A DNA stretch of 20,000 nucleotides from an uncultured virus (IMG/VR IMGVR_UViG_3300031994_000070) (taxonomy: Duplodnaviria; Heunggongvirae; Uroviricota; Caudoviricetes), in IMG/VR virus record IMGVR_UViG_3300031994_000070; one strand, given 5' to 3'. The notes under the pieces were generated by a model, which saw only the letters and a list, made by a program, of their open reading frames with translations, searched no databases and was not told where the DNA came from. This document shows positions 9,722 through 15,425 of this stretch, one piece after another. A program made the position numbers and the translations under genes. The number at the start of each line of letters is the position of its first letter. Positions within the stretch are counted from its first letter, which is position 1.

Positions 9722-9808
9722 TTACTTCCGTGCTGATGCGGTCATCAATGCAACTAAAATAAAGCCTAATGACCCACCAATAATTAATCCTAATAAAAAG
9801 TTAATCAT
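9722..9808 (-). CDS. small single-TM protein (28 aa)
   Basis: MINFLLGLIIGGSLGFILVALMTASARK; abuts neighbouring ORFs. Confidence 0.6.
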   Translation of the reverse strand: MINFLLGLIIGGSLGFILVALMTASARK

Positions 9809-9920
9809 TCTTATCTTTTTTTAAATCATCAATCAACGCGATACACATCATTATGGCAAATACCGCAAGAACGGTTAATGTCATGCCTAATATCGCATAT
9901 ATTATTCTTAATATCATCAT
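9801..9920 (-). CDS. small single-TM protein (39 aa), probably leaderless
   Basis: MMILRIIYAILGMTLTVLAVFAIMMCIALIDDLKKDKND; ATG 6 nt after TATAAT of promoter 9927-9955 (TTGGCA-17-TATAAT). Confidence 0.6.
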   Translation of the reverse strand: MMILRIIYAILGMTLTVLAVFAIMMCIALIDDLKKDKND

Positions 9921-9959
9921 ATAAATATTATACTAATTATTTTTTATTTTGCCAAATTT

Positions 9960-10388
9960 TTATTCGTTTATATCTTCTTCAAAGATATAGTCGCAACCAT
10001 CAACTGATTTAATGTATTCTAACATATCAGCATATTCCGGTCTGTGGAACCAATCATTGAAGATATAGGTATAAGAAACTTTTTCAGCGCCAAGAGCCTT
10101 GCCGATTTTTCTGAACTGCTGGATTTTAAATCCACAGGTCTGCGGTTTTTCATCGGCACTGCCGTGGGTTTCCTGATACTTTTTCTCATAAATGATAAAT
10201 TCTTTAGTATTTTCGTCGAAGAATGCTTCGTCCGGTAAGAGCTTTTTAGAGATAATGGAGTCCCATTTGATGCCCTTCTGTTCTAAATATCTATACAGAT
10301 TATATTTCTGTAAATTAACAGCACCTTCGTGGTTAATTTTTACTCGTTCTTCGAATTTTAATCCAGTTGTTGTATCTCTGTAAAGCAT
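9960..10388 (-). CDS. PD-(D/E)XK nuclease-like protein
   Basis: G..FE...PDEA...YEKKYQ..GSADEK pattern; own promoter TTGCTT-17-TATAAT at 10423-10451. Confidence 0.65.
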   Translation of the reverse strand: MLYRDTTTGLKFEERVKINHEGAVNLQKYNLYRYLEQKGIKWDSIISKKLLPDEAFFDENTKEFIIYEKKYQETHGSADEKPQTCGFKIQQFRKIGKALGAEKVSYTYIFNDWFHRPEYADMLEYIKSVDGCDYIFEEDINE

Positions 10389-10450
10389 ACCATAAATCTC
10401 CTTTTATCTTTTTTCTATATAAATTATAACATAGTTTTTATAAAAAAGCA

Positions 10451-10481
10451 AAAAAAAATAAGCCCCCTAAAAGGGGGCTTA
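10451..10481 (-). terminator. intrinsic terminator ending the ncRNA operon
   Basis: TAAGCCCC...GGGGCTTA hairpin followed by U-tract on minus strand. Confidence 0.85.
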
Positions 10482-10532
10482 GCGGAATGTTAACGCGTTC
10501 CCATCTCTTTTGCGTTAAGCATCACATGGCGG

Positions 10533-10609
10533 TGGTCGGAGTAGGGGGATTTGAACCCACGACCTTCCGGTCCCAAGCCGGGCGCTCTACCAAACTGAGC
10601 TACACTCCG
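10533..10609 (-). tRNA. tRNA-Pro(UGG)
   Basis: CGGAGTG acceptor, CT-TGG-GA loop, GTTCAAATC, ACCA. Confidence 0.95.
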
Positions 10610-10695
10610 ATACGTACCCAACGGACTCGTCGTAACACCAAACCTCCGTCAGTTGTAGACTTACTACCATAAATTGGACTTCTCTTACGAGCGTG

Positions 10696-10751
10696 CAGAA
10701 TTTTTAGCATTACCCACCTCGCGCCACGTGGAGGCAAATTCTGTGCGAGGC
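10696..10751 (-). ncRNA. minimal HDV-like (theta-type) self-cleaving ribozyme
   Basis: P1 GCCTCGC/GCGAGGT (G1-U wobble), J1/2 A, P2 CAGAATTT/AAATTCTG, P3 GCC/GGC, L3 TCCACGT, P1.1 CC/GG, vestigial P4, J4/2 CTAA with catalytic C. Confidence 0.88.
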
Positions 10752-10830
10752 TGGAGATGTCGGGATTCGAACCCGAGTCCGCGACAGTTCACTTTGGATT
10801 TAAGCCACGTCGAACGCCCATCGCATCCCC
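10752..10830 (-). ncRNA. mini-tmRNA (tRNA-like domain only, no tag ORF)
   Basis: 5' GGGGATG...TTCGAC and 3' GGAC-TCGGG-TTCGAAT-CCCGA-CATCTCC-A; G3-U70 and A73 Ala identity; P2a CGTGGC/GTCGCG closed by an 18-nt loop; no encoded CCA. Confidence 0.75.
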
Positions 10831-10877
10831 GTATATCGTGACGTGGCGATTGACCACTTATCGCCACGGTTACTTAA

Positions 10878-11162
10878 TTAAATAAGAATGTCAAAAAACG
10901 GAAAATAGGGCTTTTTGACACTATCTGACCATGACATATGGAATGAGCCATAGTCTTTTGTAAAAGCATTAAGAAGCTCATAAGCATGTGCCTGAGCCTG
11001 TTCGACGGCTTTAAAGGCATCTTCTACCTCTTTGGCTCTTGCACTTCTCTGCTCTTTAAGTTTCTCTTTTTCTTTTCTGGCCTCAACAACCGCCTTTTCA
11101 GCTGCCTTGAGAGCCTCTTCAGTGTCATAAAGTTTTTTTGTTTCGTCGCTATAATACTTCAT
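10878..11162 (-). CDS. hypothetical coiled-coil protein
   Basis: 94-aa ORF, AAGGA RBS, Ala/Glu/Lys-rich helix. Confidence 0.8.
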   Translation of the reverse strand: MKYYSDETKKLYDTEEALKAAEKAVVEARKEKEKLKEQRSARAKEVEDAFKAVEQAQAHAYELLNAFTKDYGSFHMSWSDSVKKPYFPFFDILI

Positions 11163-11251
11163 AAATATCGTCCTTTCGTTATTTATTGTTAAGTTCCTGC
11201 ACTTAACTAAAGTTAGCTATATATAAACTACGTGGTCGATAGTTGATATAC

Positions 11252-11328
11252 TGGTGCGTCCAAGAGGATTCGAACCTCCACTCTTGGGTTTCGTAGACCC
11301 CTACTTTATCCAGTTAAGCTATAGACGC
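11252..11328 (-). tRNA. tRNA-Arg(ACG)
   Basis: GCGTCTA/TGGACGC acceptor, CT-ACG-AA loop, GGTTCGAATCC, ACCA. Confidence 0.92.
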
Positions 11329-11333
11329 ATAAA

Positions 11334-11943
11334 ATTGAGAGAACCATTGTATATTTAAAATTGAGCCTTCGCCCTACCTCAGTTACCTTCAGTTATGGTC
11401 TGTCAATGGGGAGATTAGCGCGTGTACGGAGTAGCTAATTCCGTCCAACTAACCCCAGGCCGCCCTCGCCCGAAATCCCATGAGAGATTGATTACTCCCG
11501 CCTTTCACCTACCGTTCGCATATTTACGTGTTCTTGTACCCTATATAAGAACGGAATCTGTCCAATCAACGTGCCGCGTTAAGCTACTTGGATGTGCGTG
11601 CGAGGTCTCATAGTAGGTCATTTCTCCTACGTCTCGGCACAAACGATTTGTTAGCATTTCCAAGGTTTGACTAGTTTGCTACGCTAACCCTAACTTGGAT
11701 TCTTCCCCACAGGGGCGTCTATTGCATCGTCGACTTCACGCACTACATTTAACTGCGATAACTGACAGCGCTGCCACTTCAGGTACGTCCTATTCAGGAC
11801 TCCTTTTAATAGGTCGCCCTATTAAAAACGACTTCTTTTCAAAGTATCCTTATCAATCCATCGTCTGCTCCGCAACACCTCAGCATAACTGGTTTAGTTA
11901 CTCTGCACTGAGTTAATATTAAATACACAATGCTTCTCTCAAT
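11334..11943 (-). ncRNA. large structured ncRNA (~610 nt), ROOL-like candidate
   Basis: 29-nt terminal inverted repeat (26/29 identity), many internal helices, GC-richer, no credible ORF, strong promoter upstream, tRNA 5 nt downstream; family name inferred from size and context only. Confidence 0.7.
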
Positions 11944-11969
11944 ATTTATTTGTCATTCTTTATATATAT

Positions 11970-11998
11970 ATTATAGCAAAAATTTTTAAAATAGTCAA
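11970..11998 (-). promoter_or_regulatory. strong sigmaA promoter of the ncRNA operon
   Basis: TTGACT-17-TATAAT with TG extension. Confidence 0.85.
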
Positions 11999-12001
11999 AT
12001 T

Positions 12002-12190
12002 TTATAACATTTTTGCGACTTCTTCGATACCGGGGGCCAGTAATTCATAAGACCGTACCGATTCATCGCGTAAAAGGCACGTTCCATGTGCTACGTCGGC
12101 AAATTTACAATCAGTACAATTTGTAAATTTGTGGCAATACATTTTTAATAGTAAGATAGTATTAAATATGTCAAACTGTTTGTCATTCAT
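12002..12190 (-). CDS. small Cys-rich hypothetical protein
   Basis: C..C..C...C pattern (CHKFTNCTDCKF..C); GGAG RBS favours ATG 12190. Confidence 0.65.
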   Translation of the reverse strand: MNDKQFDIFNTILLLKMYCHKFTNCTDCKFADVAHGTCLLRDESVRSYELLAPGIEEVAKML

Positions 12191-12371
12191 GTTTGCCATC
12201 TCCCTTCTTGGAAAATATAGGGGGTTTCCAGTCTACAGCCGCACCCCCACGAGCGGTCATGGTATATCGTAAACCATGATTGACGAGCGAATTCACGCTT
12301 GTTAGGTTTGAAGTTTTCCTTCTTCTTACATCTATCCGGTGGCGATTCTCTTTTGGCCGGTGATTTGTCAT
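12183..12371 (-). CDS. possible small basic protein
   Basis: 62-aa ORF with GAGG upstream that fills the gap between genes; ends at TGA, so its end is uncertain if TGA=Trp; region could alternatively be structured RNA. Confidence 0.4.
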   Translation of the reverse strand: MTNHRPKENRHRIDVRRRKTSNLTSVNSLVNHGLRYTMTARGGAAVDWKPPIFSKKGDGKHE

Positions 12372-12378
12372 CTCGCCT

Positions 12379-12549
12379 CTAAGCCTTTACAATATATCGA
12401 ATATATTTCTGTCCATTTTCGGTATACTCTTCAGCTTCGCAAATTTCTTGCAGATGTAAAGATTTCTTTATTTGAGTGAGATTAGCGGTTGGTTGTCCAT
12501 TCAAATAAAGAATAGGTTCATTGTCATCAAAAACTGTAATATACTTCAT
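12379..12549 (-). CDS. hypothetical protein (56 aa)
   Basis: GAGGA RBS; MKYITVFDDNEPILYLNGQPTANLTQIKKSLHLQEICEAEEYTENGQKYIRYIVKA; TAG stop. Confidence 0.65.
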   Translation of the reverse strand: MKYITVFDDNEPILYLNGQPTANLTQIKKSLHLQEICEAEEYTENGQKYIRYIVKA

Positions 12550-12560
12550 TTTTCCTCTGT

Positions 12561-13469
12561 TTATTTATTTAAAAATCTCTGGAACGCACTTGCAGTGTTT
12601 GGACCAAAATATCCGTCTGCAGTGCCAGCATTACATCCTTTTGCATTTAAGAACTTTTGTAATGCTATAACAGTTTGTTTTCCGCAAAGTCCATCAATCT
12701 CTCCTGGGTTGTAACCGTTCTTTTTCAGATACCTTTGAAGTCTATCTACTGTAGTAGAACCAGTATAACCGTCATTGTATCTTACAGTTGTCCAACGAGA
12801 TAAGTAAGGACGTACTGTTGAAGTTTGTCCGCCAATCCATCCATCAGGTGTAAGACCAAGGAAACCTTGGAGTCTTCTTGTTGAAAGTTCACCAAAATAT
12901 CCGTCTACAGTTAATTTAGATGGAGTTGTAGTAGTTGTTGTTGAAGTAGATGAGCCACCTGAAGATGAAGCACCTAATTGCTTATTAACTTCAGCAGCGA
13001 TATAAGGGAATTTAGAATACAGATAGTTGCCAGGGCATGTGGTTGCCATAAACATTCTATGGGCGGTTAAGTTGCCACTTGTAGTGCCGTTAAAAACTAA
13101 CTTTTTAATTCCATTTCTCTTGCAAATATCAACAACAAGTCTAATACAAGAAGCAAGTGCTTTATCACTTACGTGCCAGTTACCACCGATTTGGTCATTG
13201 GCAACCTCAATGGTTACTGAGCGTTGGTTGCTTGCAAAATTACCGTTTGTTCATGCAGCATATGCTTCACTAACATATTGGCCAATTCTGCCATCGCTAC
13301 CTACGCCATAGTGAGCAGAAGCTTCTCTTGAACGAAATACGCTGCCGCAAGTTTCTACACTAAGATTTCCAGCCATATGGTGAATGGTAATGTCTGTGAT
13401 TTTCTTGCCACCGCGATAGCTTCAATTGGGAGACCAAGCGGTATAGTTTACTAAAGTTGAATTGCTCAT
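12561..13469 (-). CDS. N-acetylmuramoyl-L-alanine amidase (Amidase_2) endolysin with PG-binding repeats, 302 aa with TGA=Trp
   Basis: GGAGG RBS, ATG 13469; ITIHHMAG, ASAHY, TIEVAN, HRMF..TTCPG Zn motifs; TGA at 13422-13424 and 13251-13253 (YAA*TNG, conserved AW position); S/T linker; DG.FG..T...LQ repeats. Confidence 0.92.
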
Positions 13470-13487
13470 TATTCTTCCTCCTTTAAA

Positions 13488-13679
13488 TTACATAGGAACA
13501 GCTCAACTTATTCCATCTTCAGAATCAGTTAATTCATAATCAATAATAGTGGAATCTCTGTCGAGTATTTCCTTTGCCTGTGTTTTAGTAATACCGGGAC
13601 TATAATAGTAGTAATCCCAGCTCTCATTTTTACGTTTAATCCATAAATAATGATACGTGTTTTCAGTTTTTTCTGCCAT
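13488..13679 (-). CDS. hypothetical protein (63 aa with TGA=Trp; 58 aa if TGA is stop)
   Basis: GAGG RBS; MAEKTENTYHYLWIKRKNESWDYYYYSPG...DGIS*AVPM; TGA 13503-13505, then TAA just before the amidase RBS; promoter TTGCAT-17-TATACT at 13768-13796. Confidence 0.65.
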
Positions 13680-13796
13680 GTTATAACCTCTACTTTTTTT
13701 AAGGGCACAACCAATTTATTGTTGTTATTTGCCCTATTCATTTTGCAATTCACTTTTCTCCAAAAATAGTATAACATTTTTTTTATAAAAATGCAA

Positions 13797-13826
13797 ACAA
13801 AAAAGACAAGTTAGCACTTGTCTTTT
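13797..13826 (-). terminator. intrinsic terminator after tRNA cluster
   Basis: AAAAGACAAGT/ACTTGTCTTTT hairpin with U-tract. Confidence 0.75.
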
Positions 13827-13830
13827 GGTA

Positions 13831-13976
13831 TGGCGCCTCGAGTAGGATTCGAACCTACAACCTATCGGTTATGGAGCCAGAGGTGAGTTACGTTCCTCAC
13901 ACCTTGGGAGCGACCCAATGCACTACTTTATACGACTCTGACACAGCCGATTGCTCTACCGTTGAGCTATCGAGGC
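13831..13976 (-). tRNA. tRNA-Asn(GUU) interrupted by a 71-nt tRNA-shaped insert
   Basis: 5' exon 13976-13943 (GCCTCGA...ATCGG-CT-GT) plus 3' exon 13871-13831 (T-AA-CCGAT...TCGAGGC-G-CCA) join into a perfect 75-nt tRNA-Asn with G73. Confidence 0.88.
13872..13942 (-). ncRNA. tRNA-like intervening element
   Basis: Acceptor GTCAGAG/CTCTGGC+T+CCA, D-like GTAT/GTGC, TTGGG/CCCAA arm, T-like GTGAG/CTCAC; loops non-canonical. Confidence 0.8.
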
Positions 13977-13977
13977 A

Positions 13978-14052
13978 TGGTTGCGGAGGTGGGATTCGAA
14001 CCCACGGCGACTAGGTTATGAGCCTAGGAGGCTACCGCTGCCCTACCCCGCG
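13978..14052 (-). tRNA. tRNA-fMet-like (CAU)
   Basis: CGCGGGG start with C1:A72 mismatch; CTAGG-CT-CAT-AA-CCTAG; ACCA. Confidence 0.88.
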
Positions 14053-14058
14053 ATATTG

Positions 14059-14134
14059 TGGCTGGGGTGGCTGGATTCGAACCAGCGTATATAAGAGTCA
14101 AAGTCTTATGGCTTCACCGCTTGCCGACACCCCA
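14059..14134 (-). tRNA. tRNA-Gln(UUG)
   Basis: TGGGGTG/CACCCCA, TAAGA-CT-TTG-AC-TCTTA, GCCA; promoter TTGATT-17-TATAAT at 14149-14177. Confidence 0.95.
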
Positions 14135-14178
14135 ATGTTTATATAAATATTATACCAAATATTTATATAAAAATCAAA

Positions 14179-14442
14179 TTATTCGCTCATATCAGCTAAA
14201 TACACCCACACAATAAGATATTGCGGATTTGTGCTTTGCCACGCATCAGGGCATTTAGCCATTGAATATTGGACTACTGGAGTAAATAATGAAAAAGTGT
14301 ATTTTTGATTTTCAAAATTTATCAATTCATTATCTTTGTAATGCGCATAACCCAATAGACCATCACCGTTACCATAAATAAAACGGTATTGAATATCTAT
14401 ATCTTTTAATTGTAACTGATTAATGATGTCTATTACTCGCAT
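14179..14442 (-). CDS. hypothetical protein (87 aa)
   Basis: AGGAG RBS before ATG 14442 (MRVIDII...); the longer track start lies inside tRNA-Ser. Confidence 0.7.
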   Translation of the reverse strand: MRVIDIINQLQLKDIDIQYRFIYGNGDGLLGYAHYKDNELINFENQKYTFSLFTPVVQYSMAKCPDAWQSTNPQYLIVWVYLADMSE

Positions 14443-14457
14443 TTTTCTCCTTTTTAG

Positions 14458-14545
14458 TGGCCGAGGCGGTAGGATTCGAACCCACAGGGCTTTCGCCACA
14501 ACTGATTTCAAGTCAGCGCCGTTATAACCGTTTCGGTACGCCTCG
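14458..14545 (-). tRNA. tRNA-Ser(UGA anticodon)
   Basis: GCTGA-CT-TGA-AA-TCAGT, long variable arm, G73, CCA. Confidence 0.93.
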
Positions 14546-14551
14546 ATATAC

Positions 14552-14627
14552 TGGAGTGGATAATGGGACTCGAACCCACGACCTTCGCCTTGGCAAGGCG
14601 ACGTTCTACCAACTGAACTACATCCAC
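14552..14627 (-). tRNA. tRNA-Gly(GCC)
   Basis: TCGCC-TT-GCC-AA-GGCGA, U73, CCA. Confidence 0.95.
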
Positions 14628-14632
14628 ATAAC

Positions 14633-14717
14633 TGGTCGAGGGGGAAGGATTCGAACCTTCGAAAGCTCAGCTAACGGATTTACAGTCCGCCCCCTTTGGC
14701 CGCTCGGGAACCCCTCG
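14633..14717 (-). tRNA. tRNA-Tyr(GUA)
   Basis: GCGGA-CT-GTA-AA-TCCGT, long variable arm, A73, CCA; C1:G72. Confidence 0.93.
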
Positions 14718-14720
14718 GTA

Positions 14721-14867
14721 TTATTCCACAAGTTCAGATAATACGCTTTTACTGTCATCATCTAACATTTCAAAATATGGGTTAACGCCATCTTCATCAG
14801 CACCCATCGCATATGCTAATGCAATAATTTCTGCTAAAATTTTAACACTATTAGGCTTATCCATCAT
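14721..14867 (-). CDS. small acidic hypothetical protein (48 aa)
   Basis: AGGAG RBS; MMDKPNSVKILAEIIALAYAMGADEDGVNPYFEMLDDDSKSVLSELVE; lies between tRNAs. Confidence 0.6.
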   Translation of the reverse strand: MMDKPNSVKILAEIIALAYAMGADEDGVNPYFEMLDDDSKSVLSELVE

Positions 14868-14896
14868 AAACTCCTTGTGAATAAAAATTGAAACTA

Positions 14897-14973
14897 TGGC
14901 GACCTGGACGGGATTCGAACCCGTGACCTCCGCCGTGACAGGGCGGCATTCTAGCCAACTGAACTACCAGGCC
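14897..14973 (-). tRNA. tRNA-Asp(GUC)
   Basis: CCGCC-CT-GTC-AC-GGCGG, G73, CCA. Confidence 0.95.
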
Positions 14974-14974
14974 A

Positions 14975-15061
14975 TGGTGAGAGTGGCTATATTGAGAATC
15001 ATCTAGAAGCCATTTCTGCCACTTATACCGTAGTACGTAATACTAATATAGTAGCACTCTC
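14975..15061 (-). ncRNA. CCA-ending non-cloverleaf RNA in tRNA array
   Basis: GAGAGTG/CACTCTC+ACCA stacked on CTATATT/AATATAG; no T-psi-C arm; spaced like a tRNA between Ser and Asp. Confidence 0.55.
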
Positions 15062-15068
15062 AACTCTC

Positions 15069-15159
15069 TGGCGGAGTGAGTGGGATTCGAACCCACGCGG
15101 CACTTGCGCACCCTAATGGTTTAGCAAACCATCCTCTTCAGCCTCTTGAGTACCACTCC
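15069..15159 (-). tRNA. tRNA-Ser(GCU)
   Basis: ATGGT-TT-GCT-AA-ACCAT, long variable arm, G73, CCA. Confidence 0.95.
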
Positions 15160-15186
15160 AAATTAAATAGAGCAATATGCTCTATT

Positions 15187-15318
15187 TTAATTTTTTTCTA
15201 AATTACGAATCTGACGTTCAACCTTATTAATAACACCGGGCGAATCTGTTGCCGTAGGTCTAGTTTTAAGGGTCTTGAGTCTTACTCTCAGAATCTGTGC
15301 TTTCTCTTGATTTGTCAT
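15187..15318 (-). CDS. small basic hypothetical protein (43 aa)
   Basis: AAGGAG RBS; MTNQEKAQILRVRLKTLKTRPTATDSPGVINKVERQIRNLEKN. Confidence 0.65.
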   Translation of the reverse strand: MTNQEKAQILRVRLKTLKTRPTATDSPGVINKVERQIRNLEKN

Positions 15319-15338
15319 ATAGTTCTCCTTTTTTTAAA

Positions 15339-15425
15339 TGGTGCGCCTAACTGGAGTCGAACCAGCACGGTATCGCTACCGACGGATTTTAAGTCCGTTG
15401 CGTCTGCCTATTCCGCCATAGGCGC
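15339..15425 (-). tRNA. tRNA-Leu(UAA)
   Basis: ACGGA-CT-TAA-AA-TCCGT, long variable arm, A73, CCA. Confidence 0.95.

Noticed and set aside
10752..10830. attP-type ssrA fragment or permuted two-piece tmRNA
   Set aside because: Both ends are present, paired and in standard order; no integrase nearby and no tag-coding piece found
11334..11943. RNase P RNA, full tmRNA or MITE
   Set aside because: No GAGGAAAGUCC or tmRNA termini; no evident target-site duplication; promoter and internal helices favour a transcribed RNA
12200..12380. raiA-motif or RNase P-like RNA
   Set aside because: Only short word similarity (GGTGCGGCT, GGAAAAC) and two hairpins; a gap-filling ORF explains the region equally well
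13529..13777. Track ORF of 82 aa
   Set aside because: Starts inside a promoter with no RBS; the alternative frame 13488-13679 has an RBS and fits the gene spacing
13872..13942. Group I/II or archaeal BHB intron, or a functional decoding tRNA
   Set aside because: Too short for self-splicing introns and no clear bulge-helix-bulge; T and anticodon loops are non-canonical for decoding
14458..14545. tRNA with 'TGA' as an opal suppressor
   Set aside because: TGA is the anticodon (reads UCA, Ser) on a Ser-type body; a suppressor would need anticodon TCA
9285..14741. Track ORFs 9285..9563, 10487..10672, 10685..10867, 11422..11613, 11695..11916, 14457..14741
   Set aside because: They overlap tRNA/ncRNA genes and are shadow frames of GC-rich RNA
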